Assembly: GCA_964016885.1 (NCBI GenBank)
Contig: OZ024740.1
Span: 301,258,001-301,322,000, forward strand
Reading direction: 5' to 3'
Source: Eledone cirrhosa
Lineage: Eukaryota
Length of the DNA: 64,000 nt
The notes beneath the pieces are model-generated. The model worked only from the letters and a program-made list of their open reading frames with translations. It was not told where the DNA came from and ran no database searches. Below are positions 28,498 to 41,986 of this stretch, piece by piece. Every line of letters begins with the position of its first letter. The first letter of the stretch is position 1. The position numbers and the translations under genes were made by a program.

Positions 28498-28603
28498 TCA
28501 CACGTATATATATATATATAGTATAAAAAGGGAAAACACAGGTAAGCAATAAGAGAATCATTTTATCCAGGTATTTACGACCGTTTCATTGGTAAGTGCT
28601 CCC

Positions 28604-28747
<144 letters not shown>

Positions 28748-29223
28748 ATATATATACATATGTGTACGTGAGTGTATGTGCATATATAAATTTATATTTT
28801 GCTAGAATATCTACCTACCTTGTTAGAGAAAACAAGATCAAGTACGCGAAAAACATCGATGATCATTTAATATTTCATAGCAAATTACATTTGATGGATT
28901 GCTTAAAAACAGATCAATATTCGTTTTGGTGGAAATTGCTAGCAGCAATAAACACCTCCTCTGATTAATAGGTTAGATGTATGAGGTAAAAAGAAAATAG
29001 TAACAAAATAGTATCTTTGTTATTTATGTGGTCAAATGTTTATCACATAATATTGGTCATTACCAATATACTCGCTCTAATGTATCGATATTATATGTAT
29101 GTTTACATTTAGAATGATTCTTCCTCTCCCTCGTCTTTCACTCTTTCATTAAATATACATCATACATAAATGCAGTCACGGACACATGCACACACATATA
29201 TTTATATATACATATACTTATAT

Positions 29224-31210
29224 ATTGTTATACTTTGGGAGGGTCATGTTGCCAATAAGAAACACACGCCCCTGTAGCTTTCACTACAATTTATTATAAA
29301 TTAAATTTATAAATTTAAGAATTTATAAATTTCCGGTTGGTTGGTTGGTTGGTTGGTTCCACAACCGGACGGTTGTTCATATATTTTCAAAGTTCTTTCG
29401 TCACACATTCTGTGACCTCTTCAGTGACTGGGGATTATTTTATTTGTTTTGTGCCTCTCCTTTGATCTGTCCTACGCCATCTTCTTTTTGTGTGTTGTGC
29501 GCTTAGTTTGCGCATGTGTTACATCCGGGTGTCTGTGTGTGCTTTTATTTGTTTATTTATCTGTTTATTTACATGTTACTGGTTGGTTGGTTGTTCTATG
29601 TGTGTGTGTTTTCATTTTGTCCTTAATGTTTTCTATTTAATTTTGGTTCGAGTTCATTTATGTTTATTGCCTCTGGGATTTGTCTAAACATTGCGTCTTT
29701 TCTGTGTGTAGATTTTATTTTCATTTCTATGTTCTCTAAATTGCCCTGATGTTCTATTTTAGCCTGTTGGTGGAGTATTGATGATTCTTTTTTTTATCTT
29801 AAAGCTCTCGCCAGTGTTCATTTAACCGTTCTCCTATACTACGAGCTGTCTCAACTATGTACACTATATTCCTATCTTTACATTGTCCTTCAGTACATCT
29901 TATGATATATACTACATTTCTTGTGTTACAGTTAATATGGAGGCTTAGTTTACAGATTATGCATTTCTTATATATACAGGGAGGTCTTTGAAAAGGGTAT
30001 GTATTACTAAGAAGTGTTTTTATGGAGGTACCTGGTCTTTCTACTATCGTAATATTAACTTTAAGTCTATCTAGGTCCCTTCTAAATGTAAGCTAATTCA
30101 CCTCTAGGGTTGTATTGATGAACATTACACTCTGGTATGTATTGCTATCATACCATGACTTTATTCTATTAACCTTATTCCTAGTTCCTTCTATTATATT
30201 CCAAAATTTGCTACTATGCAAGGCTCAGGTCCCATTTGTATCATTATTTACCATTTTTTCCCATTTTGTTCTGGCTCCTCTATACACTCTGATTTTATCT
30301 CTCTGATTGTAACCAGAGAACTGCATACGTGGATGAAGTGTTATATGTGTCTCTCTAGTTTTTTGTGGTTGCACATGCGAGACACGTTTCTCATCACCCG
30401 TACCAAATTCGCAATCAGTATGTTGATTTCGGTGTGATCCGAAACAGCTGAGTTTCTGTGGATCAGATATTTGGAAGACATTGGTTTGGCATAATGGGAA
30501 TTGAGGATTTATTTTTTGTTATTAATGGTTTCTAACCAGAGCTCTGTGTCTAATACAGGTAATCGATGGTTGGGGTGTTTGCTTGGGTAGTCTATAGTAT
30601 TTCTAATACTTTGGTGGATGGAGTTAGCTATTTGCTGGATGCTTAGCCTGGTGTCTTTCACTGATTCCTGACTGTTCTCTAGTGGGTTTTTTTTTACTAC
30701 GATGTTTATATCATCAATGTAGCCGGAGTACATTATCAGCGTTAAGAGATTGCTGTCTTCTACTTGTTCGTTAACTTTAAGTTTAAGTTTATTGCCCCAC
30801 CATACCATGAATATATTAGCTATGTCACCTGCAATGCTAACACCAATGGCTGCTCCCTCCTCTTGGGCATATGTTTTTCCATTAAATTTGAACATATGTT
30901 CCTTAACGGTTAGTTTTATACTGGCCCCCACCAGTGCAATAATTTTCTTTAGTTCATCGTGGTTTTCGTGGTCCGTGTGGCTGTTGTCCATCAGTTCCAT
31001 CTTTCTGTGTGGGTTTCCTTGGCCATTGAGGTAATTGTAGATGGTCTGCCCATTGCTGGTCCTGTAGGGCACAGGTTGCTAAGGTCATACGTATTTAGAT
31101 AATAATTACAATAGGTAAGTTTAAGTAGGAGTCCTAGCTGACTGGTATCAATCCCAGGGAATGCAACATTGCTCTCACTGATCATTTCTACGCATTTCTC
31201 GACAGCAAAA
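29224..31210 (-). mobile_element. PLE copy (RT partial + GIY-YIG + pLTR), left arm of an inverted pair
   Basis: FKFNGKTYAQEEGAAIGVSIAGDIANIFM, YSGYIDD, LPVLD; pLTR homologous to 27900-28407. Confidence 0.9.
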
Positions 31211-31216
31211 TCCAGG

Positions 31217-33280
31217 TCAATGGACAAGAGCCATACGGACCCCCAAAATCCACGATGAACTAAAGAAAATGATTGCACATGCGGCGGGGGCCAGTACAAA
31301 ACTAACCCTAAAGGAACATATGTTCAAATTTAATGGAAAAACATATGCCCAAGAGCAGGGAGCAGCCATTGGTGATAGCATTGCAGGTGACATAGCTAAC
31401 CTACTCATGGTATGGTGGGACAATAAACTTAAACTTAAACTTAAAGAACAATTAGAAGACAGCAACCTCTTTCCCTGATAATGTACTCCCGCTATGTTGA
31501 TGATATAAACATCGTTGTGAAAACACCCCCGCTAGAGAACAGGCAGGAATTAGAGAAAAACACAATGGAAAGCATCCAGCAAATAGCTAACTCCATCAAC
31601 CTGAGTATTAGAGTTACCATAGACTACCCAAGCAAACACCCCAACCATCGATTACCTGTACTAGACACAGGGCTCTGGTTAGAAAACGTTAATAACAAAA
31701 AACAAATCCACCATTCCCATTATGCCAAACCCATGACTTCCAAATATCTGCTCCACCGAAACTCAGCTGTTTCGAATCACACCAAAATCAACATACTGAT
31801 TGCGGATTTGGTACGGGTGATGAGAAAGGTGTCCCGCATGTTCAACAACAGAGAACTAGAGAGACACATACAACACTTCATCCACCGTATGCAGTTCTCT
31901 GGTTACAATCAGAGAGATACAATCAGAGTATATAGAGGAGCCAGAACCAAATGGGAAAAAATGGTAAATAATTGTTTCTACTTTTGGTACAAGGCCAGCA
32001 ATTTCCCAGTGTATTACTGGTACTTTATTTTATCGACCCCCGTAAGGATGAAAGGCAAAGTTAACATCGGCGGGATTTGAACTCAGAATGGCAAGGGCCG
32101 TATATCTATGCGTCAAAGCATGGCGTCCGAACCTCTACCGATACTGCCAATTCACTGCCCAAAAAATGGTAAATAATGATACAAATGGGACCTGTCCCTT
32201 GTATAGGAGCAAATTTCGGAATATAATAGAAAGAACTAGGAATAAGGTTAATAGAATAAACTCATGGTATGATAGCAATACATACCAGAGTGTAATGTTC
32301 ATCAACACAATCCCTAGAGTTGAATTAGCTTACAAATTTTGAAGGGCCGTAGATAAAATTAAAGTTAATATTAAGATAGTACAAAGACCAGGTACCTCCA
32401 TAAAAACACTTCTCAGTAATAATACCCTTTTCAAAGACCTCCCTATATAGATAAGAAATGCATAATCTGTAAACTAAGCCCCCATATTAACTGTAAAACT
32501 AGAAACGTTGTATATAGAATAAGATGTACTGAAGGACAGTGTAAAGATAAGAATATAGTGTACATAGGTGAGACAGTTCGTAGTATAGGAGAACAGTTAA
32601 ATGAACAATGGCGAGAGCTTCAAGATAAAAAAGAAACATCAATACTCCACCAGCATGCTAAAATAGAACATAAGGGCAAATTAGAGAACATAGAACTAAC
32701 TATAAAATCTACACATAGAAAAGAGGCAATGTTTAGACTAATCACAGAGGCAATAAACATAAATGAACTCCAACCAAATTAAATAGAAAACATGAATGGA
32801 ATAGCAACATCACAACTTACAATTAAGGACAATATGAAAACACACACACACATACAACAAACAACAAACCAGTAACATGTAAATAAACAAATAAATAAAC
32901 AAATACAAACACACAGACACCCGGATGTAACACATGCGCAAACTTAGCACACAACACGCACAAAAAGAAGATGGCGTAGGACAGAACAGAGGAGAGGCAC
33001 AAAATAAAGAAAATAATCCCCAGTCACTGAAGAGGTCACAGTATGTGTGACGAAATAACTTTGAGAATATATAAACAACCATCTGATTATGGAACCAACC
33101 AACCAAACGGAAATTTATAAATTCTTAAATTTATGAATTTAATTTATAATAAATTGTAGTGAAATCAACTGGTGCGTGTATTTCTTATTGGCAACATGAC
33201 CGTCCCAGAGTATAACAATATCGGTTCCAACGCAAGTTTTCAGATAAAGGATCTTGCTAAACAAATTCAGAAACGAAATA
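31217..33280 (+). mobile_element. PLE copy (RT partial + GIY-YIG + pLTR + tail), right arm of an inverted pair
   Basis: QEQGAAIGDSIAGDIANL, YSRYVDD, YIGETVRSIGE; stops and frameshifts; ends in (TA)n. Confidence 0.9.
31970..32160 (-). mobile_element. SINE inserted in the PLE with 17-bp TSD aaaaaatggtaaataat
   Basis: TSD on both sides; the empty site is visible in the left arm at ~30243-30259. Confidence 0.95.
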
Positions 33281-33295
33281 TATATATATATATAT

Positions 33296-33540
33296 GGTTT
33301 TCCTATTACCCGAACCTCGTTCTTCCCCAAACACTCAAACTCACATCCACACATACACACACACGCATACACCTACACATATACACACACCCCCTAACAG
33401 ACTCGGAAATCTGTTCATCCCCACTTTTCTCCCGATCAAGGGCTTATGCCTGAAACGTCTTCCCCCGACCCCCTCTCTCAAGCATGAACCTAATACCAAC
33501 ACTGTTCGTACTGCACTCTTCCTTATTGATTCTGTTTTAT
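33296..33540 (+). mobile_element. solo pLTR related to the Neptune element at 8790-9000, with degenerate HHR
   Basis: aagggcttatgcctgaaacgtc and gtactgc.ctct match the reverse complement of 8815-8910; flanked by (TA)n. Confidence 0.7.
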
Positions 33541-33549
33541 ATATACATG

Positions 33550-33618
<69 letters not shown>

Positions 33619-33681
33619 ATGTGTGTTTGTGTGTGTGTGTATATATATATGTATATATGTATTTATTTATATGTATATAAA

Positions 33682-33721
<40 letters not shown>

Positions 33722-33741
33722 TGTGTGTGTGCCTATGTGCG

Positions 33742-33810
33742 TGGTGTTATATTTTGGGACGGTCATGCTTCCAATAAAAGCACAAGCACCAGTCGTTCAT
33801 TATATTCTAC
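33742..33810 (-). mobile_element. short diverged pLTR end fragment of the 27-33 kb PLE family
   Basis: tgttatattttgggacggtcatg..ccaataa..gcaccagt matches 27188-27240. Confidence 0.6.
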
Positions 33811-34059
33811 CGTTATCTATCAAGGCATCTACAGGTGCAACATTTATGTGTGATTTAACAACAGACGTTTTAAAGTCTTCTAGTGCGTAAAGCTAAATAA
33901 AGGTACACAGAAGCACTAGTTGTAGATCAGACTTTTTCTTTGTTTTAACTTTGAACAATTCACAAAATGGTAAAGTATAACAGACAGTATCACAGGTTGG
34001 ATATTGTAACCTGTTGTTTCGACTACTTGCATCGCAAGTATTAAAACGTTTTTTTATTC

Positions 34060-34615
34060 GTTAACATTACTCTGTGGGCAGATGGAGTAGCATATGAATA
34101 TGAGGACGTTTGTACAACCTCAAGAGATCGAACGTGTGTATAAGCCACATTTAATGCCAAGGTGGCATTTTCGAGTAGGTGCTGGCATATTGAATTAGAC
34201 TGCAGTCCATTGATAAATGTATGCCTCACCATTTCTTGTTGATATACAACTGCAGTAATATTTTGGAAAGTGCAAATAATTGACTATAAGCTTCAACACG
34301 TTTAGGAATTCACCAAGACTTTCACCAGGCTACAGTTTCCTAGTTGCTAAACAATGTCTGGCAAATATCTCATATTTCAAAGTAATGTACAGATTCTCTG
34401 GAGTGGTAAGCACTGTGTCGTTCTCAGTGCTGTCAAGTATGAATTTGAACACAGTTGGTGAAATAATTGTGATCAAGACATCAAGTTTCGCCTGAGCAGT
34501 GTTAACAGTATTCATAAAACTGGTAAATGTCCTTCTCCAGTGTGTTCATGATTTGTCAGTTTCAATGGTGTTTGACGAGATATCAAATCTTACAAATCGA
34601 AGGACTTTGTGCGTG
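34060..34615 (-). pseudogene. Ty3/Gypsy gag remnant
   Basis: HWRRTF...KLDVLI...EIFARHCLATRKL*PGESLGEFL...EMVRHTFINGLQSNSICQHLLEN matches a recalled invertebrate Gypsy gag pattern; stops and frameshifts. Confidence 0.7.
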
Positions 34616-34764
34616 GCTACTCAAGAAGAATGAAGTGAAAACAGTGAGCTATCAGATGTGAAATCACACCTTAAACAGTGGGATATGCATGGATGTATTC
34701 CTCCTGAGTAGATCCATATATATCATTCAATAATACGACACATTATTTATATGTTAAAGCGGAT

Positions 34765-34960
34765 TTGCAGGGTCAGTGGAAGGTTGAACAACATTCATTG
34801 TGTCATAGAGTTACGGCCCTCTACCTTCTGAGTTCAAATCCTGCCGAGGTTAACTTTGCCTTTTATCGCGAGGGGATCGATGCCTTAACGCATGGGATTC
34901 GATTTATTCGACTTTTCCCCTCCCGCAAAGTTTTTGGCCTCGTGGCTTAATCAGAAACCA
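34765..34960 (+). mobile_element. diverged SINE copy
   Basis: ctgagttcaaatcctgccgaggttaactttgcctt. Confidence 0.75.
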
Positions 34961-35709
34961 TCACTTATTCAAGATAGGTTATATTTGTTTACAGGCTAAC
35001 TACTATTTGTCTACATTCAAAGTAATATTTGTCTACAGGCTAACTACAGAGTAGCTACTGCCACACTGTTGGTGTCAAATGAATTAAATGAACATCTATC
35101 AATATATATATCGAGGCCGTATTCTTTCGTAAAATAAAACCACACTCAAGTAACTATTTAGGTTCCTGTGTATATATGTATGCATGCGTAAATATATATG
35201 GTTATCATATTTGTAGATGGGTAGATGAGTTTGTTAACAACGGAGGGTTCGTATTTGTGTGGTGTGTGTCCAGAAATTTCACGCATAAACTAGGCTCACT
35301 GGCTGGTGTACATACATATATATGTTGGGGGTGTATGGCTGTATTTGTGTGTGTGTGCAAGTATAAGTGTGTGTGTGTGAGTGTTGTTGTCTTATCTTTT
35401 GCCTCATTAAAAAAATACTTTCATTAAATCTATATTTTTCAGCACTTTCATTGAAATAATTGATGGCTTGCAGTTTACTTTCTCATACACAATTCATATC
35501 CATATACGTGTCATGTCATAAGTTTTTAACATACTCTTTACGTCATGTAACGGCAATATTCATTACATAGTATTACATCTAGGCCAGGATGAATATGTAT
35601 TTGAAACACATGTTGGTATAATGTAAAATTATGAAATTTGTTTAACAAATTTATAATTTACATCGCAACATAAAAATCCTTCATATAGAAACATACCTTC
35701 TTAGAATTG

Positions 35710-35922
35710 ACAGGGCGATAGATTGACAGCGTAGGTTAATATGGTTTGTAGCATAGAGTTACAGACCTTCAACTTCTGAGTTCAAATCCCAACGAAGTTA
35801 CTTTTACCTTCCATGGTTATGAGTTCGATAAACTAAAGTACCAGTAACTCGCTGGGATCCAACTAAACGATTTCCCCTCCAATAAAATCGTTGGCTTTTC
35901 GCCTAAATCAGAAATCGTTGTT
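35710..35922 (+). mobile_element. diverged SINE copy
   Basis: gcatagagttac, ctgagttcaaatccc, gataaactaaagtaccagta, gcctaaatcagaaa. Confidence 0.7.
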
Positions 35923-36320
35923 ATGAATTTAAGAACAATTCTTACTATTTTATTGTCAACATTATTCGTATTATCTATAATACCGCAATGAGATTTCTTC
36001 CACAACTTTGTTTTAATCATTGTCGACATTTCTCATTTCCTGCTTCCCAGTTTTTCTTACACTATAATTTCACCTAATGTCCTTGTAACCCCCTTTTCTT
36101 TCTAACCTCATTCTCACGCTTCTTCTCTCTCTAAATCTCTAGCTATCGTTTTGTACACTTTTATTTATATTACTAATTCCGCTACAACACACGAATGTCA
36201 CATCTATTTTCTGATATGTATCATATAACGCATATTTCTGAAACGCAAAGATTAAACTTAATGTCTGTCTAAAATAAAATTTTAGAAATGTTTCATATTG
36301 CTTGTGTAACCATAATATAC

Positions 36321-36470
36321 AAGAAGAAGAAGAAGAAGAAGAAGAAGAAGAAGAAGAAGAAGAAGAAGAAGGAGGAGGAGGAGGAGAAGAAGAAGAAGAA
36401 GAAGAAGAAGAAGAAGAAGAAGAAGAAGAAGAAGAAGAAGAAGAAGAAGAAGAAGAAGAAGAAGAAGAAG
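36321..36470. repeat. (GAA)n/(GGA)n microsatellite
   Basis: Direct inspection. Confidence 0.97.
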
Positions 36471-36475
36471 ATAAC

Positions 36476-37048
36476 GTGTACATGTGTACATGTATGTATG
36501 TATATACATACTAGTGTACGTCCGTATACATATATGTATGTACGTATACGTACTTATATTTAAGTATCAGCCGTACTAAGAGTGAGAAATTTCAATTTCA
36601 ATTTCATTTTTTCCATTTATCGTTTTCGGTACGCCCGGCCGACTAACTCACTATATATGCAAATTAGGCTGCTCAGCCGTTAATATACATAAGGAAAGTA
36701 AATACTTTCAAACGTTCAGCCGATTGACAGGAAGGTATACAGTGCTGATGACAGCTAAGAAGCTAGAAACTAGTTCATCGTTCCTTTGTCAGTGTTGAAC
36801 AAAAGGGCAATGATGGTTGCCGAACACTGTACGACTTAATTCGGGCTGTTTGTTTACAAACAAACCGAACATTATATTAAATGTTCGGTAAACCCATACG
36901 TACATATATATATATGTGTACATGTATGTATATACATACTACTGTACGTCTGTATACATATATGTATGTACGTATACATACTTTTATTTAAGTATCAGCC
37001 GTACTAAGACTGAGAAATGAAATTTCAATTTCATTTTTTCCATTTATA
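36476..37048 (+). mobile_element. non-coding HHR element, ~428-bp unit with ~135-bp terminal direct repeats
   Basis: 36485-36620 is repeated at 36915-37048; HHR gtg-CTGATGA-c-AGCT aaga AGCT-a-GAAAC-TA-GTT-cat at 36742-36778; ends in (TA)n. Confidence 0.8.
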
Positions 37049-37832
37049 TATATATATATATATCTTTCAGTTGAATCTATAATGCATATCAGCCATCATC
37101 ATATAGATTTCCTTTCGAGATGTAGTATCCACTCAGATAAATTCTATTAATTTTATTTTTCATATTATTATAACCTGTGTCATCATAAAATTTGTCTTTC
37201 TTTCTGTTGTTTACTCTAGAACATCTGTGTACATTCCCTACTCCATCGCTTTCTACCGTTCATCATTAATTATTTCTCATAATGACTTTTCTTAGATGAG
37301 TGGCTCTTTCTCGTTTTAACTTCTAAATATACACCAAAGTAGATTATTTTTATTATAATCATTCAGAACGCTTTTGCTCTTCCAGATGATATACCAATAT
37401 TATACCAAATGATCGAGCCGTAGCCAATTTCCAAAGACTCTATGAGTCATTCCTTCTCCTTCAACTTTCCCACATCCTCCTTAGAATCCTTGCTGCTCTT
37501 AGCACGGCTTTATTATTATTATTAACATGGCTGCGAGAGGCAAGAATGGCCCGAGTGAATGGGCCTACTTTGAGTATAAGCCTGTAAATTGAAGGTGGAA
37601 AACTGGGAGAGGGCACTTGCCCTGTTGTTCAGGGTCACGGTCGCTTTTTAATGGGCTTTATCCACAAGGGTCCTCGGAAGTCTCCCCCCTATTGGTGAAT
37701 TTTTCCTTTTTTTTTTCTGTTACATCCACTGTTTTTTTTTTTACACGCAGAAATGCCCATTTGAACCGTCCTGTATTTTCCTCTACTGTCCTTAATGTCT
37801 CACTTTCTGTAAACCCTTGTGGTTAATAAAGA

Positions 37833-38116
37833 AAGCGGTGGATTGGCAGTATCGGTAGAGGGTCGACGACATGCTTTGACGCATAGAGTTACGGCCCTTT
37901 CCATTCTGAGTTCAAATCCCGCCGAGGTTAACTTTGCCTTTTATCCTTACGGGGTTGATCAAATAAAGTACCAGTAATGTACTGGGTGTTTACTGGCCTT
38001 GTGCCAAAGTATTATTATTATCGAGGTTGACTTTGCCTTTCATCCTTAAGGGTCGATAAAATAAAGTACCAGTAATGTACTGGATAATTGCTGGCCTTGT
38101 GCCTAAAGTAGAAACA

Positions 38117-38162
<46 letters not shown>

Positions 38163-38490
38163 TGAGTTCACATATCGCCGAGGTTAGCTTTGTCTTTCAA
38201 TCTCACGGGGTGGATAAAATAAAGTAATCTACATTACCCTAAACAAAATTGCCGAGTTTGTGCCTAAATCAGAAACCAGTATTATTATGGCAGTATCGGT
38301 AGAGGGTCGGGCGCCATTTTTGACACATAGAGTTGCGGCCCTTGCCATTCTGAGTTCAAATCCCGTCGAGGTTAACTTTGCCTTTCATCCTTATGGGATC
38401 GATAAATAAAGTACCAGTAATACACTGGTTAATTGCTGGCTTTGTGCCAAAAAAGTAGAAACAATTATTATTATTATTATTATTATTAGT
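37833..38490 (+). mobile_element. cluster of four head-to-tail SINE copies separated by (ATT)n tails
   Basis: Copies at ~37833-38010, 38021-38120, 38161-38285 and 38288-38470. Confidence 0.9.
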
Positions 38491-39364
38491 GTTGTTGTTG
38501 TTGATATTATTGTCATCATCATCATCATCTTGATCATCCTTATTACTATAATTTGTTGATGGTGTTAATGTTTTGTTGTTGTTGTTAGTGTTGTTGCATT
38601 TATTAATGTCATAAGTGTATTAGTATTATTAAGAAATGTTTAATCATCATGATCATTATCGCCAACACCATCATAATCTTCAACATCATCACCATAATCA
38701 TCATCATCATTATTACCATCATTTCATCGTTTTCTGTTATTGTTTATTCTTCATGTCTAATTAGTCATAATAATTTGAAGAAATCAATTTCTAATTTATA
38801 ATCTTACAATTAGCGTTGATAATTCCAAGATATTTCTTTCATTGTCTGTCATTATTGAACCAACGTATTTCTTTTTTTATTTTTAAATTTCTTCTATATT
38901 TCATTTAAATATTCGATTATTTAATTCTTTCCTCATTTCTTGATTGTGTTGCTGTTGATATAGTGTTAGTGATGTTGGTAGTTTTAGTCCAATATGAAAA
39001 GAAAGAATCGCATCACGATGAAAGCATCTTAAAACCTATTGCAAAATATATGATTAATTATTATATTTCAACTTCGGATTAGCAGTTGGCAAAATCAGTG
39101 GAGCATCTGATCAATAACCAGGTTTTATAATTGTTTATAATCGGAAAGTAAGATGAAATAATTTGTTTTAAAGCCGCAAGGTAACGTACATGAAATAGCT
39201 AAAAGTAGGATATGGTGATAGAAATAGCCAGCAAATTAACAAAATTAGTAGGAGAGTAATAGTAGAAAAGGGTAACAAAGAAATGAAAATAGTGAGAGGA
39301 CAAACATCGATATTAAAAACAACCTCAATATAGTTTATTTCACCCATTTTCTTTTTATTATATT

Positions 39365-39500
39365 GGTGGTTTGACAGTATCTTCAGAGGGTCGGACATGA
39401 TTTGCAGCTTTAACACCTTGTGTTCAAATCACCCCGATGTTAGCTTTGCCTTCAATCCTTTATGGAGTCCACTAACGGCCCACCCCTCAACATTTTTTTG

Positions 39501-39531
<31 letters not shown>

Positions 39532-39562
39532 GGGCATGTGCCTCAATCAGAAATCATTATAT
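39365..39562 (+). mobile_element. diverged SINE copy
   Basis: ggtggtttgacagtatc, gttcaaatcacc, gctttgccttcaatcc, tgtgcctcaatcagaaa. Confidence 0.65.
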
Positions 39563-40030
39563 TGATGAATAGTATTTTATTTTATTTCAAACAACTCTCA
39601 TCAGAAGAACTATCTTCATTACATTTGTAATATTTTATACTTTTAATGGAAATCGAAATGGCTATCTACATTTTAACGCTCATTTAATGTTCTCATATTA
39701 ATTGTACAAGAGCCAAACATTATGCACCCACGACAATGTGTACATACACATTCCGGAACGTATGTACATTCCCGTCTATAATTATAATAATAAATGTTCC
39801 GTCTAGAAGGGTATAATTGACACAACATGAATTCTAAACCATTCATACGCTCTACAAATATTAGAACAATTCCACCTAATATAAACAAATATAAACATGT
39901 TTTGGGATGCTTACTGATAAAAAGGTATTAATATAAAATGTATGTGACCTAGGGTATTCAATATACGGAGAAACTAAAACATTCAGAGTAAGCGTCCCTA
40001 GTAGAGTGAAGAGGTTGTAGATTCAGTCCA

Positions 40031-40088
<58 letters not shown>

Positions 40089-40279
40089 AAATGGTGGGTA
40101 AATATTCTATGGTGTTGATCGCGAATAAATGGCTATCGTTTATGTATCTACTATTTCTTCGCAGGTGTCTTTTAATCCTATAGCCTGATTTAATTGGCTT
40201 TTAGTGTGGTTGATTATGCCAGTTGGGAGGAGAAATTGAGTATATATCTCATCAAATGATTCTAAGGACATAATTTATA

Positions 40280-40340
<61 letters not shown>

Positions 40341-40343
<3 letters not shown>

Positions 40344-41040
40344 GATAACAAGTTATAGGTAATCCAGTTAGAGGTTGTGAGTACTCTGCATCGTGGATAG
40401 TTTTAACGTACGGCTTTGTTTGACTCAACAAGATGCTTCCATAGTTATGCAGCGAGTTCGCTGTAATTTCTATGCAGGTTATACTTGCAGTAATAATAGT
40501 TAAAGAATGAAGAGAAACATGAGAAACATTAATAGGCCTATATCACAACCCACCCACAATAACCTACAAAACCGCAACGATGAGCCTGCACTAAGTAAAA
40601 CCGCAAATTGTAATTGCCACCTACCGGATAAGTGCACTGCGGAATAGATGCCTGGATTCGAGTATGGTATACCTGTATACTGTTAACTCAGGCAACTCTA
40701 CTTGGTACTACATAGGTTCCACGGCTGGGGAGTTCAAGAAAAGGTGGTACATCCACAGACACTCCATGAAGAACCGTGGACGCTATATATGTTTTATTAT
40801 TGATGTTATTGTTTTGATTATATGCTATTTTTCTATATAAGTCTTGCCTCGAGTGAATTATTTTCATATCTACGTACTCTGATGTATTGACTTTAGGTAA
40901 ATAATGTATTGGTGATCAAATGACGCAACCTCAAGCGATTAGAGAACTCTAGACTCACGTGATCAACGAAACAATTGTCAGTACTTTAAATAAAGCCCTT
41001 ATTGTACAGCCAACCATGTTACTCTTCATATACTTTAACT
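40341..41040 (+). mobile_element. rearranged Naiad-type PLE 3' fragment (GIY-YIG + degenerate HHR) between (TA)n tracts
   Basis: CNCHLPDKC..RCLDSSMVY..WYYIGSTAGEFKKRWYIHRHS at 40609-40772; gtact-CTGATGT..GAAAC-AATT-GTC-agtac at 40874-40984. Confidence 0.75.
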
Positions 41041-41057
41041 ATATATATATATATATA

Positions 41058-41437
41058 TAAATTAATAAAAACAATGAATAAAAACAAAGAAACAGTTCCT
41101 TATATTAAAAAATTCATCATTTTACGATCGTTTCTAGGATATACATGTATGTGTTGGTATGTATATCATATAGATCTATGTAAAAAATTTACAAACTATC
41201 AGAGGTAATATACATACCTACACATATATATGCTGTCCTCAGAAATATATTTCTGAAGACAGCATATATATGTGTAGGTATGCATATTCCCTCTAGTAGT
41301 TTGTAAACTTTTTACATAGATCTATATGATATACATACCAACACACACATATATATCCTAGAAACGATCGTAACATGATTAATTTTTTAATATAAGGAAA
41401 TGATTCTTTGTTTTTATTCATTGTTTTTATTAATTTA
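41058..41437. mobile_element. spacer-less ~190-bp-arm palindrome with one HHR per arm
   Basis: Centre gaaatatatttc near 41248; attt-CTGAAGA-c..long stem II..a-GAAAC-GATC-GTA at 41249-41376 and its mirror at 41119-41246. Confidence 0.85.
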
Positions 41438-41683
41438 TCTTGACTCTGTTTTCCTGTGATTTTCATCGAAAACCTTTTTGAATACATCTTCTCTTTTCAT
41501 GAGATTTGGATTACATTGAGTTCTTCATACGGATTGGACACTACCGTATATTTTGGTAGATTTATCTACATATATATATATATACTCTGGGGTCTTTCCT
41601 CATCTGAGTGCTCAAACTACAGACCGATTATGCTTATAAGCTTGCTTGGCCGTATGCTAAAGCTTCGTGAATGCTGTACAAAA

Positions 41684-41722
<39 letters not shown>

Positions 41723-41723
<1 letters not shown>

Positions 41724-41986
41724 GTAGGTCCCGGGTTGAGTCGGGGATAACCACAGTAAGTAAGGTACTCAATACATGGCAGAGTAAAATGTTTTTATTT
41801 TATAGAAGGAGCTTCTACAGGACTAGTACTGTTTCATTCAGATGAAATCTGCAGGAAGCAGAGTAAATTTTTTTTATTTTATAGAAGGAGCTTCTACAGG
41901 ACTAGTACTGTTTCATTCAGATGAAATCTTCAGGGCTTCCTGAAGATTTCATCTGAATGAAACAGTACTAGTCCTGTAGAAGCTCC

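Noticed and set aside
31982-32342. C-terminal extension of ORF 31481-32080 and ORF 32088-32342 as a novel domain
   Set aside because: Read-through into an antisense SINE insertion
37390-37510. RAARILRRMWES* on the minus strand, resembling a Dong/R4 3' end
   Set aside because: Single short motif only
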